DNA of 64,000 bases, from NCBI GenBank assembly GCA_963749915.1, contig CAVVOP010000008.1, forward strand, positions 512,001 to 576,000, read 5' to 3'. This DNA comes from an uncultured cyanobacterium (lineage in GTDB: Bacteria; Cyanobacteriota; Cyanobacteriia; Cyanobacteriales; Cyanobacteriaceae). The position numbers and the translations under genes were made by a program. A model generated the notes under the pieces. The model was not told the DNA's origin. It searched no databases and worked only from the letters and a program-made list of their open reading frames with translations. Numbering within the stretch: the first letter of the stretch is position 1; the number at the start of each line of letters is the position of its first letter. Below are positions 50,731-62,518 of this stretch, one piece after another.

Positions 50731-52455
50731 TCAATTTTTCCGCCATTGTGCAATATTCCATGTTCTCGAATCCCAAGGAGTTAAACTCACACCCTGTAAA
50801 TTGTTGCTAACGCCGACTACATCGGCACGATGAATTATAGGTATCACCGTTGCTTGGGTGACTAGCATATCATTCAATTGTTTAAAAATTATCGCCCTTT
50901 TTTCAGGATTTAATTCGGTAATTACTGTTTGTAAAAGTTGATCATATTCAGGGTTACAGTAACGGGAATAGTTATCTCCCGACCAATTATTGCTTTTTTG
51001 GGGTATATTATCGCAAGTATAAACTTTAAAATAAGGCGTTGGATCTGGGTTATTATTACCAGTAGTGAACATTTGAGCATCAGCATAAAAATGCTCTACA
51101 GTGTCATTATTGCTAGGATCACTAGAAAAGAAAACACTGGCATCAATACTTTTTAATTCTACTTCCATGCCTAAAGATTGCCAACTTTGTTTAATAATTT
51201 CTTGGGTTTTTTGCCGTAGAGGATTAACAGTTGTTTGAAATAGGACTTTCATCTCTACGCCGTCTTTATCTCTAATACCGTTACCGTTGCTGTCTTTCCA
51301 TCCTGCTTCCTCTAATAATTGCTCTGCTTTTTGGAGGTTAAATTCAGATACTATGTTACTAGAAACAAATTCAGGAGGTGCTAATAAAAAGTTAGAAGTC
51401 GCTTTTCCTGTTACACCATATAATTGATTAGCGATGGTCTCTTTATCAATAGCTAAAGCAAGGGCTTGTCTAACTTTCACGTCACGGAGGAAAGGATGGG
51501 GAAATTTGAGACTGGATCTTTCACCTTCCCCAGTTTCTCGGTTAGGATCAGTATAGTTCAACAAAATACGTTCTCCTTGAGAACCAAAATTAGTAATTAA
51601 TTTACCCTTATTTGCCTTCGCTAATTCTTCTAGAATATTCGACTCAACTTGTAGATTGTAAGCAAAATCCGCATCTCCCGTTTGTAAAACTGCCCTAGCG
51701 GCGGAAGTAGCATCTCCTCCTCCTTTAATTTCAATGCGCTCAAAATTCTGATTTTCTGGTTGTCGATAATAAGGATTGGGTTGATAAATTACGGAATCTC
51801 CGGGTTTAAATTGTGATACCGAATAAGCCCCAGTGCCTACAGGAATGAGGTTAAAAGGTGCTTCCCTGGCATTTTCACCATTATATTGGGCGTATAAATG
51901 TTGGGGTAAAATCATCCCCGCACTACCGACAAAAACGGAATACCATGCAGGAGTAATTTCTTTAAAAGTGATTTTAACAGTATATTCGTCTAAGGCTTTC
52001 ACACTTTTAACAACCGCATAATCAGCACTGTTAACACTGCCAACCTGAGGATTCGTCACAAATTCGTAGGTAAACACCACGTCATCGGCGGTGAATTTTT
52101 CTCCATCTGACCATTTGACATCTTGACGTAACTTCCAAGTAACTGAAAGTCCGTCTTTGGCAACTCCGCCGTTTTCCTCCGTGGGGATTTCTTGTGCTAA
52201 CACGGGAATTAATTTTCCTTCAGGGTTAAAAGTCCCTAAAGGTTCAAGGGTTATTCTACTAGCTTCCGAGTCTTTAAATCCAGTGGAGAGATGAGGATTC
52301 AGCATAGTAGGTGCTTGCCAATAAATCATTTTTAACACTTGGTTATGGTTGGCGGTGTCGCTTTGAGTTGGGGATGAAGAATTACAACCAACAACTGTTA
52401 AGCCACTGATTACGGCGATGATTAAATTCACCCCAGATTGTCTAAATTTCCTCAT
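50731..52455 (-). CDS. Peptide ABC transporter substrate-binding lipoprotein (family 5)
   Basis: Lipobox VVGC, KWSDGEKFTADDVVFT and VRQALALAID. Confidence 0.92.
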   Translation of the reverse strand: MRKFRQSGVNLIIAVISGLTVVGCNSSSPTQSDTANHNQVLKMIYWQAPTMLNPHLSTGFKDSEASRITLEPLGTFNPEGKLIPVLAQEIPTEENGGVAKDGLSVTWKLRQDVKWSDGEKFTADDVVFTYEFVTNPQVGSVNSADYAVVKSVKALDEYTVKITFKEITPAWYSVFVGSAGMILPQHLYAQYNGENAREAPFNLIPVGTGAYSVSQFKPGDSVIYQPNPYYRQPENQNFERIEIKGGGDATSAARAVLQTGDADFAYNLQVESNILEELAKANKGKLITNFGSQGERILLNYTDPNRETGEGERSSLKFPHPFLRDVKVRQALALAIDKETIANQLYGVTGKATSNFLLAPPEFVSSNIVSEFNLQKAEQLLEEAGWKDSNGNGIRDKDGVEMKVLFQTTVNPLRQKTQEIIKQSWQSLGMEVELKSIDASVFFSSDPSNNDTVEHFYADAQMFTTGNNNPDPTPYFKVYTCDNIPQKSNNWSGDNYSRYCNPEYDQLLQTVITELNPEKRAIIFKQLNDMLVTQATVIPIIHRADVVGVSNNLQGVSLTPWDSRTWNIAQWRKN

Positions 52456-52612
52456 TTTTATTTTTTTCGATAATTAATTAGCTTGATATTGAGAACAAAT
52501 ACAGGATACATAATCGAGAAATTAGATTTGAGAATATTTAATTTATACTGAATATTGAATACTTTTTCCATAGCTATTTCATTGTTGATTATTCATTGTT
52601 AATACTTTATTC

Positions 52613-53443
52613 ATGAAAAAACTTATCGAAGGTTTGCACCGATTCCAAGCTGGTTATTTTGAAAGTCATCGGGATTTATTTGTAGAATTATCTCACGGAC
52701 AACATCCCCGTATTTTATTTATTACTTGTTCTGATTCTCGCATTGATCCTAATCTGATTACCCAGGCGAATGTGGGCGATTTATTTGTCATTCGTAACGC
52801 TGGTAATATTATACCTCCTTTTGGTGCTACTAATGGCGGTGAAGGTGCGTCCGTTGAATATGCCATCGCAGCTTTAGATATTGAACAGATCATAGTATGC
52901 GGACATTCTCATTGTGGTGCCATGAAAGGCTTATTAAAAATGTCAAAATTAGCGGATAAAATGCCCTTAGTTTATGAATGGTTAAAACAGGCCGAAGCAA
53001 CCCGTCGCTTAATTATAGATAATTATTCCCATGTGCCGGAGGATGATTTATTACAAATTACCGTAGCCGAAAATGTCCTAACCCAGTTAGAAAATTTAAG
53101 TACTTATCCCGTTATACGTAGCCGGTTACATCAGGGCAGATTATCTCTTCATGGTTGGATTTATAGCATAGAATCAGGAGACATTCTAACCTATGATCCC
53201 GTAGTTCATGATTTTGTCAATTTGGAAAGTCGTACGAGTGATTTTGAATATGTTTATAATTTACATCCTAGTTGTTCAGTGTCGAAATCCATTGGCTGCA
53301 AAATTTATGGCATGATGGAAGAAGGAACTGTTACTCCCACGGAAAAAACGACTATACCCAATGTAACCAATACCAACTTACCTCGATCAAATCGTCTATC
53401 GAAAGAACAAGCCGAAAGAATTTATCGTGGTAGTGCAAGTTAG
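52613..53443 (+). CDS. ccaA: Carboxysomal beta-carbonic anhydrase CcaA
   Basis: CSDSR and GHSHCG zinc ligands; C-terminal extension ending EQAERIYRGS. Confidence 0.93.
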   Translation: MKKLIEGLHRFQAGYFESHRDLFVELSHGQHPRILFITCSDSRIDPNLITQANVGDLFVIRNAGNIIPPFGATNGGEGASVEYAIAALDIEQIIVCGHSHCGAMKGLLKMSKLADKMPLVYEWLKQAEATRRLIIDNYSHVPEDDLLQITVAENVLTQLENLSTYPVIRSRLHQGRLSLHGWIYSIESGDILTYDPVVHDFVNLESRTSDFEYVYNLHPSCSVSKSIGCKIYGMMEEGTVTPTEKTTIPNVTNTNLPRSNRLSKEQAERIYRGSAS

Positions 53444-53497
53444 TAATTGTAGCAATAAACAATGAACAATTAACAACTATCAACTCATTGTCAATTG

Positions 53498-54586
53498 TCA
53501 ATAAGAAAAGACTTCCCTCAATAAATCACTACTAATTTGATCTGTAATCTTCACTGTGCCAATGGTTTCAGGTAAAATAAAACGAACCTTACCAGCCTTA
53601 ACCTTTTTATCCGTTTGTAAGTTAGAGATAATTTCCTCTAAATCGAGATAGTCAGGTATTTTAGTCGGTAATCCGGCTTTTTCAAGCAATTTTTGCTGCC
53701 TTTTGGCCTCCTTTTCCTGCCAAAGATTAATTTTTAAAGCAATTTTACCCGCCGCCACCATACCAATAGCCACCGCTTCCCCATGGACAAAAGTTTCATA
53801 ATGGGTCAAACTTTCAATAACATGACCGATGGTATGACCATAATTGAGAATAGCTCTTAATCCTGCCTCTTTTTCATCTTGACAGACAACATCAGCTTTG
53901 GCTTGACAGGAACGTATTAAGATTTCGTTTAATAGCAACTCTGATAAATTATTCAAGGTATGAAGGTTATTTTCGTTTTCTAGGCGTTCAAAAAGAGTTT
54001 TGTCCCAAATTACACCATATTTAATAACTTCCGCCATACCAGCCCTAAACTCTCGGTTCGGCAATGTTTTTAAAACACTAGAGTCAATTAAAACTAATTT
54101 TGGTTGATAAAAAGCGCCAATTAAATTCTTACCTTGGGGATGGTTAATTCCCGTTTTTCCGCCAACAGAAGCATCAACCATGGCTAATAAGGAAGTAGGA
54201 ATTTGGATAAAGTTGATTCCCCGTAACCACGTAGCGGCAGCGAATCCCGTCATGTCACCAACAACTCCCCCTCCCAAGGCTACCATGGTTGAATTGCGTT
54301 CAAGACGATACTTAAGGGCACTATCATAAATGTGAGAAATAAACTCAAGGGTTTTATAATTTTCTCCGGCGGGGATGAGATGATAATTGACGGTAAAACC
54401 TGCATCTTCTAGGGATTTAATCGTGGTTTTACCATAATAATCGAAAATTTCGGGGTTGGAAACCACCAATATTTTTTTCCCGATGTTCAATTTTTGTGCT
54501 TTTTCGCCAATGGTTGATAAGCCATTATCGGTGACATGGATTGAATAAGGGTTATCTGGCAAAAGTACTGATATAATTGATTCCAT
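53498..54586 (-). CDS. aroB: 3-dehydroquinate synthase
   Basis: [24 protein letters not shown] and HGEAVAIG motifs. Confidence 0.97.
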   Translation of the reverse strand: MESIISVLLPDNPYSIHVTDNGLSTIGEKAQKLNIGKKILVVSNPEIFDYYGKTTIKSLEDAGFTVNYHLIPAGENYKTLEFISHIYDSALKYRLERNSTMVALGGGVVGDMTGFAAATWLRGINFIQIPTSLLAMVDASVGGKTGINHPQGKNLIGAFYQPKLVLIDSSVLKTLPNREFRAGMAEVIKYGVIWDKTLFERLENENNLHTLNNLSELLLNEILIRSCQAKADVVCQDEKEAGLRAILNYGHTIGHVIESLTHYETFVHGEAVAIGMVAAGKIALKINLWQEKEAKRQQKLLEKAGLPTKIPDYLDLEEIISNLQTDKKVKAGKVRFILPETIGTVKITDQISSDLLREVFSY

Positions 54587-54646
54587 AGCTAATGACTTGA
54601 GAATGAGAAAGACAAGGAAGACAGCTGGACAAGTAGACCTTGTTCA

Positions 54647-55615
54647 CTAACTACGATCGACTTGTGCTAGAATGGCCCCTAGAATTTCCCCTGCACCTTG
54701 TTGTTTAAGTTTTTCTGCCAATTGTGCACCAATTTGCTCGGCATTAGTGCGATCGCCGATTACACTATCTTTAAGTAACTGTTTCCCGTCAAGACTTGCC
54801 ACCATCCCCGTCAAAGTGAGGTTCTTATCGCCACTAATACTACTATTAACACCAATGGGCACTTGACAACCACCTTCTAACACTCGTAAAAAAGAGCGCT
54901 CGGCAATGGTACAATCTCTTGTGTTAGAATGCTCAAGGGCCTTGATAATTTGTAATACGGGATTGTCTGCGATACGGCATTCAATGCCCAAAGCGCCCTG
55001 TCCGACTGCATGAAGGGAAATATCAGCAGGTATTACTTGATGTATGCGATCGCCCATGCTTAACCTTTCTAAGCCAGCCACAGCCAGGACAATCGCATCA
55101 TACTCCCCTGCATCTAACTTACCAAGACGAGTATTAACATTACCGCGCACATCTTTAAAGGTTAAATGGGGGTAATGATGACGTAATTGAGCAAGACGAC
55201 GGAGAGAAGATGTACCAATGACAGCACCTTCAGGAAGAGTATCAAGTTGTTTATCTTTATGTTTTTCGTTAACCACTAAAGCATCGGCGGGGTTAACCCT
55301 TTCGCTGACGCAACCTAACATTAAACCTTCGGGAAGATTTGTGGGTAAATCCTTAAGAGAGTGCACCGCAAAATCTACCTCGTTATTAATCATACCGACC
55401 TCCAACTCTTTGGTAAATAAACCCTTATCACCAATTTTCGCTAGGGCCACATCGAGAATTTTATCCCCTTGAGTACTCATTTTTTCCACCTCAAATTCCA
55501 CATCAGGGAAGCGAGTTTCTAATTCTTTTTTCACCCAATAGGTTTGCACTAATGCCAATTGACTTTTACGAGATCCAATTACTATAGTACGTTCATTATC
55601 AATAGTTACGGTCAT
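54647..55615 (-). CDS. hemC: Hydroxymethylbilane synthase
   Basis: [24 protein letters not shown] and [10 protein letters not shown] motifs. Confidence 0.97.
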   Translation of the reverse strand: MTVTIDNERTIVIGSRKSQLALVQTYWVKKELETRFPDVEFEVEKMSTQGDKILDVALAKIGDKGLFTKELEVGMINNEVDFAVHSLKDLPTNLPEGLMLGCVSERVNPADALVVNEKHKDKQLDTLPEGAVIGTSSLRRLAQLRHHYPHLTFKDVRGNVNTRLGKLDAGEYDAIVLAVAGLERLSMGDRIHQVIPADISLHAVGQGALGIECRIADNPVLQIIKALEHSNTRDCTIAERSFLRVLEGGCQVPIGVNSSISGDKNLTLTGMVASLDGKQLLKDSVIGDRTNAEQIGAQLAEKLKQQGAGEILGAILAQVDRS

Positions 55616-55697
55616 ATAAATATTTTTTATAGAAATTAATTTTTAGCCCCGGATCTAGCTTATCAGAAAAATGCTAGTTATATCATTGTCAATTTGA

Positions 55698-56309
55698 TTA
55701 ACTTTTATAAAATTTACTTGACATAATGACATCTATTTGATGCTGTAAATCAGCTAAATTTTTATTATTATGAATAACAATATCAGCGAGTTTGCTTTTT
55801 TCAGCTAAAGGCATTTGACTATTAATTCGGGAGATAGCCTCATCTTCTGTTAAATTATTACGTTTTTTTAGACGGCTTAATTGAGTAGAAAAATCACAAC
55901 TAACCACCCAAATTTCAGTAACTAAATTAGTCATCTTTGCCTCAAAAAGTAAAGGAATAGATAAAACAATAATGGGATTAGATAATATTTTCATTTGTGA
56001 CTGTAAAGAATCGGCAACGAAGGGATGTATTTGTTTCTCTAACCAAGCCTTTTCTTTTTGACTGTGAAAAATAATATTGCCTAACTTTTCTCGGTTTAAA
56101 TTTCCATCATCTAATAAGATATTTTGCCCATAACGGTTAACAATGTTGTGAAAAATAGGAGAGTTAATAGTTACCGCTTCTCTAGCGATTAAATCTGCAT
56201 CCAATACGGATATTAAATATTTTTTTGCTAAATAGTCAGATACTGTTGATTTTCCTGTAGCAATTCCCCCAGTTAAACCAATAATAATTTGCGCTTTGTT
56301 CCTCATCAT
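55698..56309 (-). CDS. coaE: Dephospho-CoA kinase
   Basis: IGLTGGIATGKST, IHP, PLLFE and RINSQM; ATG at 56309 or 56306. Confidence 0.95.
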   Translation of the reverse strand: MMRNKAQIIIGLTGGIATGKSTVSDYLAKKYLISVLDADLIAREAVTINSPIFHNIVNRYGQNILLDDGNLNREKLGNIIFHSQKEKAWLEKQIHPFVADSLQSQMKILSNPIIVLSIPLLFEAKMTNLVTEIWVVSCDFSTQLSRLKKRNNLTEDEAISRINSQMPLAEKSKLADIVIHNNKNLADLQHQIDVIMSSKFYKS

Positions 56310-56684
56310 TATTACCAAAGTGTAGCGAGGGTTCGGCAAAATCAATTAAGATTTATTACCAAAAACAGATTATAAATATCCCGAAAAACAATTAATCAAA
56401 TCCTCTTGAGTGACCAAATATAATGCTCTTCGAATGCCTTTTTCTCATTTTTCTGAATAAATAGATGATAAATTCATAACTAATTCTTTATCCTCCGGTG
56501 TTAAAATATTTCCTTATTTTTGATTTTATTCTAACATGGCTAATAAATTACAGACTCGTTCCATTACATTGTCTCAATGGGATAAATCTGATGGGAAATT
56601 ATTTAACTGATCAATGACTTTTCTTCCCACGGTCCCTCTCCCAAAATTCTTGATCATAACGTTTTATGAACTACCTTTTTATTT

Positions 56685-59639
56685 ATGAAAGTTTTAATTG
56701 CTGAATTTGACTTATTCTCTAAAATTGGCGGAGGGCAAACATTTTATCGCCGTGTTATCGAAACAAACGCTCATATGGAATTTTACTATCTAATAGTTCA
56801 GGAAAAAGTTAATAATCCTCGTCCAAAAAATGCCCAAGTTCTACCTTATAAGCAACAATATCTTAAATCAGATTTGAAGGGTTTATCAACTACTTTACCT
56901 TTGGAAAAAATTTATCGTCCTTTTTTGATGGCTAGCAACATTAGCTATTCGGTAAAAGATAATAATTTTGACATAATCGATTATCCAGATTATGAACAAT
57001 ATGGGCTTTTTTTTCCCCCCGCTTTAAGTTATCATCAAGTAAAATTTAGCAAAATAGTTATTTCTTTACATGGAATAGTTTCCCAAAGTTTAAGTCATGA
57101 TTGGGTGATCGACGGGGAGTATATCGATAACTTAAAATTTGCCGAAAATTTACAATACAAAATCGCTGATATTCGTTACGGTATTAGTAAAGACTATCTG
57201 GAATGGTGGCAAAAAATTAGTTATCTTCCTAATTATTATTTTCATCCTTTGCATTTTCTCGATTTAACTCCGAAATTAAATTATCAACCATCAAATACAA
57301 AACCAAGTTTAAACTTTATTGGTAGAAAAGAAAAAGGAAAAGGAGTCGATATTTTTGTTAATTTAGTCAGTTTTTTGCCGAAAAATCTCTATAGTCAAGC
57401 TAATATTATTGGCGGTAACCCCAAAACCTTAGACGGGAAAACGGGGGAATTTTATTTACAACAAATGTTAGCCTTACGTCTTGGTTCAATAAATATATTA
57501 CCTGTTGTGAGTCGCTACGTATTACAAAAAAACTTTACCCTCAATTCCTTAACAGTGTTACCTTCTCGATTTGACACTTTAAATTTAGTTGCTTTAGAGT
57601 CTTTATTGACGGGTTGTCCTACTATTATTGGTAAAAATGCCGGAGTTTGTCGTTTTTTAGAAGATAATTTTCCTGGGATACCTTTCATTAAATTAGATAT
57701 AGACAACTTTTATTCTTCCTTGCCTGAAATTATCGAAGTTTTAAGCAATTATCATGACTATCGTCTTAATTTGCAGAAAAAAATTACTTCCTTTTCTTCT
57801 CAATTTAATCGAGAAGAATTTACCTTAATTGATATTTATAAACAACCTAGTAATTTTGAGGAAGAAATAAGAGACAAATCCTCTCAATGGTATGGAGAAT
57901 TAATCAATTATTGTCAAGGAAAACAGTATTGGGGTAAACCGCAACTTATCGAAATAATGAAAATAATAGCTAACCCTATAGTTAATCAAACAAAAACTCA
58001 AGTAGAGAAGATAGAAGTAAAAATTAGTCAGCAGAAAAATACCATCACAAATCAATTAATTAAGAGTGTCTTTTTTTCCTCTGAATGGAAAAGAGTATTT
58101 AGGCTTTCGGAAACTTCAGCCAAAGATATTGATGAGAAAATTAACCAACTCAAAAATTTAAGTCATGCCCTTAAACCATCCCCCATAATAAAAGTTAATA
58201 AACTTAAAACTGGTTATTATATAAACCGCCTAAAAATTTGGCAAGAAATCGCGAGATTAGAAACAATTAGAGGTAATTATTTATTATCTGCTAGCTACGA
58301 TATAAGAATTATTCGTCTTCTTAATAGAGATAAATTTAACCGATTAGAAGCCATAACAAAAACTCTGGTTAATCACAATTTTGAGGAAGAAGCCCATATT
58401 TTAAATTTACTTTATCAACTTCGGGAAAATTCTCCTCAATTATGTTATGAATATCTCTTAAAAAATTATCAAAGTCATCTTAACTATCAAGAAAAACCCT
58501 ACGAATTTATTAAAGATTATCGCCAGAAAAAAAATTATCGAGTTTCAATCATCGTTTCGCTGTATAATGCTCAAAGTAAATTGGGTCGCTTTTTGTCAAT
58601 TTTAGCCCAACAAACAATCTTCCAAAAACAATTTGCCGAAATAATCTTAATCGATAGTGGTTCACCCCAACAAGAATACCAAGTTTTTCAACAACTGTTA
58701 CCGACATTAAACTTACCCATGGTTTACGCCAGAAGCCAAGAAAGGGAAACTATCCAAAGTGCCTGGAATCGAGGAATTTTATTATCCCAATCTTCCTATA
58801 TCACTTTTTTGGGGGTTGACGAAATGATAACCGCTGACGGATTGGAAATTTTAGCGGATAAACTCGACAAAAATAACAGCATAGATTGGGTTGTTGGTCA
58901 TAGTTTGGTGACGGAAGTTGACCAAAAGGGTAACTGGCAAATGGATGTCATGACATATAACCGTCGAAATTTCAGTCAAGATTTGGTTTACCTCGACACT
59001 TGTTACTTAACCTACGTTGGGGGATTATACCGTCGTAACCTTCATTCCCGTTTCGGTTTTTATGATGAGACTTTTCGAGGTGCAGGGGATACGGAATTTA
59101 AAAACAGAGTCTTACCCCATATCCACTGCGAATTAATCGATAACGTCTGGGGGATTTTTTGGAATTATCCTGAGGATCGCACTACTCAAAGCCCACTAGC
59201 TGAAATTGAAGATATAAAAGCATGGTATTTGTATCGCAGTCTTGGGGGAATAAAATACGCTTTTGACAATAAAAACACTTCTAAAGTCGAAAAATTATTG
59301 TTATATTGCCTCAACTATCGTAAAACTTTTTTAAATAGTAATAGTACCGATTTTGATTTAGCCTATCAACTCATTTTGTGGCTAGAGGAAAATTCCCCTC
59401 AATCTCCTTTTTTACAATTTGCTGAGGGAGTGAAAAAAATCCGTGAAAGTTATCAAAAATTAGAGTATCTTGGGGATAAATGTTCTGTTTCATGGCAATT
59501 ATGGCAAACAAAAAAATTGACGCAAACAACCGCCTATCACCACCAAAACATCGCCCAAAATTTAGGTATAAATATCTTTAACCCTAACTACGAAATTTTT
59601 AACGATAACCGCTACCAACAACACTCACTTTTATGGTGA
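56685..59639 (+). CDS. Bifunctional glycosyltransferase (GT4-like N-terminal plus GT2 C-terminal domain)
   Basis: PSRFDTLNLVALE (GT-B acid pair); VSIIVSLYNA, IDSGS and FLGVDE (GT-A). Confidence 0.85.
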   Translation: MKVLIAEFDLFSKIGGGQTFYRRVIETNAHMEFYYLIVQEKVNNPRPKNAQVLPYKQQYLKSDLKGLSTTLPLEKIYRPFLMASNISYSVKDNNFDIIDYPDYEQYGLFFPPALSYHQVKFSKIVISLHGIVSQSLSHDWVIDGEYIDNLKFAENLQYKIADIRYGISKDYLEWWQKISYLPNYYFHPLHFLDLTPKLNYQPSNTKPSLNFIGRKEKGKGVDIFVNLVSFLPKNLYSQANIIGGNPKTLDGKTGEFYLQQMLALRLGSINILPVVSRYVLQKNFTLNSLTVLPSRFDTLNLVALESLLTGCPTIIGKNAGVCRFLEDNFPGIPFIKLDIDNFYSSLPEIIEVLSNYHDYRLNLQKKITSFSSQFNREEFTLIDIYKQPSNFEEEIRDKSSQWYGELINYCQGKQYWGKPQLIEIMKIIANPIVNQTKTQVEKIEVKISQQKNTITNQLIKSVFFSSEWKRVFRLSETSAKDIDEKINQLKNLSHALKPSPIIKVNKLKTGYYINRLKIWQEIARLETIRGNYLLSASYDIRIIRLLNRDKFNRLEAITKTLVNHNFEEEAHILNLLYQLRENSPQLCYEYLLKNYQSHLNYQEKPYEFIKDYRQKKNYRVSIIVSLYNAQSKLGRFLSILAQQTIFQKQFAEIILIDSGSPQQEYQVFQQLLPTLNLPMVYARSQERETIQSAWNRGILLSQSSYITFLGVDEMITADGLEILADKLDKNNSIDWVVGHSLVTEVDQKGNWQMDVMTYNRRNFSQDLVYLDTCYLTYVGGLYRRNLHSRFGFYDETFRGAGDTEFKNRVLPHIHCELIDNVWGIFWNYPEDRTTQSPLAEIEDIKAWYLYRSLGGIKYAFDNKNTSKVEKLLLYCLNYRKTFLNSNSTDFDLAYQLILWLEENSPQSPFLQFAEGVKKIRESYQKLEYLGDKCSVSWQLWQTKKLTQTTAYHHQNIAQNLGINIFNPNYEIFNDNRYQQHSLLW

Positions 59640-59791
59640 AAAACAATAGTTCTTCCAGTTTGAGTATGATAAATTTTTAATAAAAAAGCGTTTTTAATCT
59701 CTTAGTTAGTTAACCATTCCCTATTCCCTAACATTTTAATTTATTGTGTCATAATTACTCTCCAAGAGCAAAAACAATTAACATTAACTAA

Positions 59792-61537
59792 CTAACTTAA
59801 AATTTCCTCTAATTGATGTTGTTGCCATAAAGATTTATATAAACCTTCTTGATAAAATAATTCTTCATGAGTACCTGATTGAACTATTTGACCAGTCTCC
59901 ATGACTAAAATACGATCGGCATTTTGTACCGCCGATAATTGGTGAGTAATAAAAATAACTGTTTTACCTTTTTCTTGTTTGAGGTTTTCTAAAATTTGAG
60001 TGGCGGTTTTATTATCAACACTAGAAAGGGCATCATCTAAAATTAAAATGGGGGCGTTGGCGAATAAAGCCCTAGCTAATGAACTACGTTGTCTCTGTCC
60101 ACCAGAAAGAGTTATACCTCGTTCTCCCACCAAAGTATCATATTTTTGCGGAAAAGTGATGATTTCTGGATGAATTTGAGCTTGTTTAGCAGCATATTCT
60201 ACTTCTCGCATATCCCCAACGGGATCACTATAGGCAATGTTATTTTTAATGGTAGTGGAGAATAAAAAACTGTCCTGAGGTACATAGGCGATCGCCTTAC
60301 GCAAATCTGTTAGTTTAATCTTGGTAATATCAATACCATCTAAAAATAATTGTCCGGGTTTTATATCTAATAGTCGGGGAATGGCATTGGCAAGGGTCGA
60401 TTTACCCGAACCAATTAGGCCTACAATAGCTACAGTTTCACCCTGATTAATAGTAAAATTCAGGTTATTTAATACAGGATGATTTCCATTGGGATAACTA
60501 AAATTCAGATTAACCGCAGTGATTTGTCCTTTAACTTCTTCTACCGGTAAATTGACCGAGGAAGGATTATCTTGTATCTTAGACTCAACTTGGGTAATAG
60601 ATTCAATACGATCGATACTAACTTCACCCCGTTGATAAGTGGTAATAGTAAAACCAAGTAAAGCAGTAGGAAAAACTAATCTTTCCACATAAATAATTAA
60701 GGCGATAAAATCACCCACGGTAATTAAACCTTTTTCAATATCAGCAGTACCAAACCACAGTAAAACTAATAAACTAATGTTAGCGATACCTTGAATAATG
60801 GGAAATAACAAATTTCTTGTTCGTGCTAACTTTAAATTAGCGTTTAATAAACGTTGATTTTTTTTGGCAAAAGCCTTTCTTTCGTTTTCTTCTTGAGCGT
60901 AAATTTTGATTAAAGAAATACCGCTCATATCTTCCTGAATTAACTCACTAATATCTGATAATTTTTCTTGTACTTTCAACTGTTCATCTCTTAACTTTCC
61001 GCTAAACAACTGAACTGTAAATAACATTAAGGGATAAATAGATAAAGCCATTAAACTTAATCTTACATTGATTAAGAGCATGGCGGGCAAAGTTAAACTA
61101 TAGGCAAAAATGGTATTTATTATACTCAGAATAGCAAAGCCAACTAAACGGCGAATATTATCCACATCACTGGTGGCACGATTAATTAAATCTCCTGAGG
61201 TATTAACATTAAAATAAGCGGGTTCTAATTTTAATAAATGTTCAAAAATACGTTGTTTTAAATCAAATTCTACCTGTCTGCCAATGCCAAAAATTATGAC
61301 TCTGGAAAACATACGAATGCCCCACATTATACAAGCTAAAATAAACAGAAGAATAACATAACTGATGAGAGTTTCATAAGCAAAATTATCCTGTAAATCA
61401 TCAAAAATACTGCGGATTAGCCAAGGAATATAAACCCCGATAATATTCACCAACAATAAAGCAGAGGTTCCCCAATATAACTTACCAATATGAGGTTTCA
61501 GGTAAGAGATTAATTTATTAAATCGAGAATTAGCCAT
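59792..61537 (-). CDS. ABC exporter, fused permease/ATPase (MdlA/MsbA-like)
   Basis: GLIGSGKST, LSGGQRQR and ILDDALSSVD motifs; N-terminal TM domain. Confidence 0.93.
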   Translation of the reverse strand: MANSRFNKLISYLKPHIGKLYWGTSALLLVNIIGVYIPWLIRSIFDDLQDNFAYETLISYVILLFILACIMWGIRMFSRVIIFGIGRQVEFDLKQRIFEHLLKLEPAYFNVNTSGDLINRATSDVDNIRRLVGFAILSIINTIFAYSLTLPAMLLINVRLSLMALSIYPLMLFTVQLFSGKLRDEQLKVQEKLSDISELIQEDMSGISLIKIYAQEENERKAFAKKNQRLLNANLKLARTRNLLFPIIQGIANISLLVLLWFGTADIEKGLITVGDFIALIIYVERLVFPTALLGFTITTYQRGEVSIDRIESITQVESKIQDNPSSVNLPVEEVKGQITAVNLNFSYPNGNHPVLNNLNFTINQGETVAIVGLIGSGKSTLANAIPRLLDIKPGQLFLDGIDITKIKLTDLRKAIAYVPQDSFLFSTTIKNNIAYSDPVGDMREVEYAAKQAQIHPEIITFPQKYDTLVGERGITLSGGQRQRSSLARALFANAPILILDDALSSVDNKTATQILENLKQEKGKTVIFITHQLSAVQNADRILVMETGQIVQSGTHEELFYQEGLYKSLWQQHQLEEILS

Positions 61538-61603
61538 GGAGTTTCAATTGATAATTGACTAAATTTTTTCTGCCATTGTTGGTTGAAAATTAGTTACTAA
61601 TTA

Positions 61604-62326
61604 CTAATATGCACCGCTATTTTTCGGGAAAAGAACAACCCCAATAGTTTTGAGTATAATCCAAATATCTAATAACCAGTTATGATGATTGACATAATAA
61701 ACATCAATGAGGACTCTTTGGGGATAAGGGATGTCATTTCGTCCTGATACCTGCCATAATCCAGTAATGCCGGGTTTTATGGTCAAAACTCGATCCATTT
61801 TACTACCATATTTATGTAACTCATCAGGTACAAGAGGACGAGGACCCACTACAGTCATATCACCTTTTAAAACATTGAAGAATTGCGGAAATTCATCCAA
61901 ACTTGTCCAACGTAAAAATTTACCAATCCAGGTAATGCGTGGATCGTCTTTAAGTTTAAAATTATCTTCAAATTCTTGGCGCTTTTCTGGATATCGTGCC
62001 AACATTCCCTCTAAAACTTGATCTGCATTGACTACCATAGTTCTAAATTTAATACATTTAAACCGTTTAAAGTTCCTGCCGACTCTTTCCTGACTGTAAA
62101 AAATAGGTCCGGGAGAGGCAAAAGCAACTAAAATGCTCAAAATTAGATACAGTGGCGAAAAAACCACTAAGACAAAAACAGAAAAAATAATATCAAAGCT
62201 ACGTTTATAAAATTCCTTGGTAATTCTTATTTGTTCTCGATTCGGCTGACGAGATATACTAATTAATCCCCGTCTTGCCAAACCTTGAATTACCTTTACG
62301 GAAACAAGTTGGCTATTTGCTGTCAT
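61604..62326 (-). CDS. Polyprenyl glycosylphosphotransferase (bacterial sugar transferase, HepC-like)
   Basis: KRSFDI, KFRTM, SLDEFPQ, VGPRP and KPGITGLWQVSGR motifs. Confidence 0.92.
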   Translation of the reverse strand: MTANSQLVSVKVIQGLARRGLISISRQPNREQIRITKEFYKRSFDIIFSVFVLVVFSPLYLILSILVAFASPGPIFYSQERVGRNFKRFKCIKFRTMVVNADQVLEGMLARYPEKRQEFEDNFKLKDDPRITWIGKFLRWTSLDEFPQFFNVLKGDMTVVGPRPLVPDELHKYGSKMDRVLTIKPGITGLWQVSGRNDIPYPQRVLIDVYYVNHHNWLLDIWIILKTIGVVLFPKNSGAY

Positions 62327-62518
62327 TTTACTCCTTCACTTCACACCATGAATAATTAACAATCAAGTTGTTGTCTAGTATTGTAAAACTTTTTTGATTC
62401 TATGGACAAAAAATTCATAGAATAAGTTTGCTTAAAAACTTTTGCCCTAAATTTTTCAGTTTGAAGACAACAACTAAACAACTAAAGGTAGTTTTAATTT
62501 TTCTCAAACTGCTTATAT

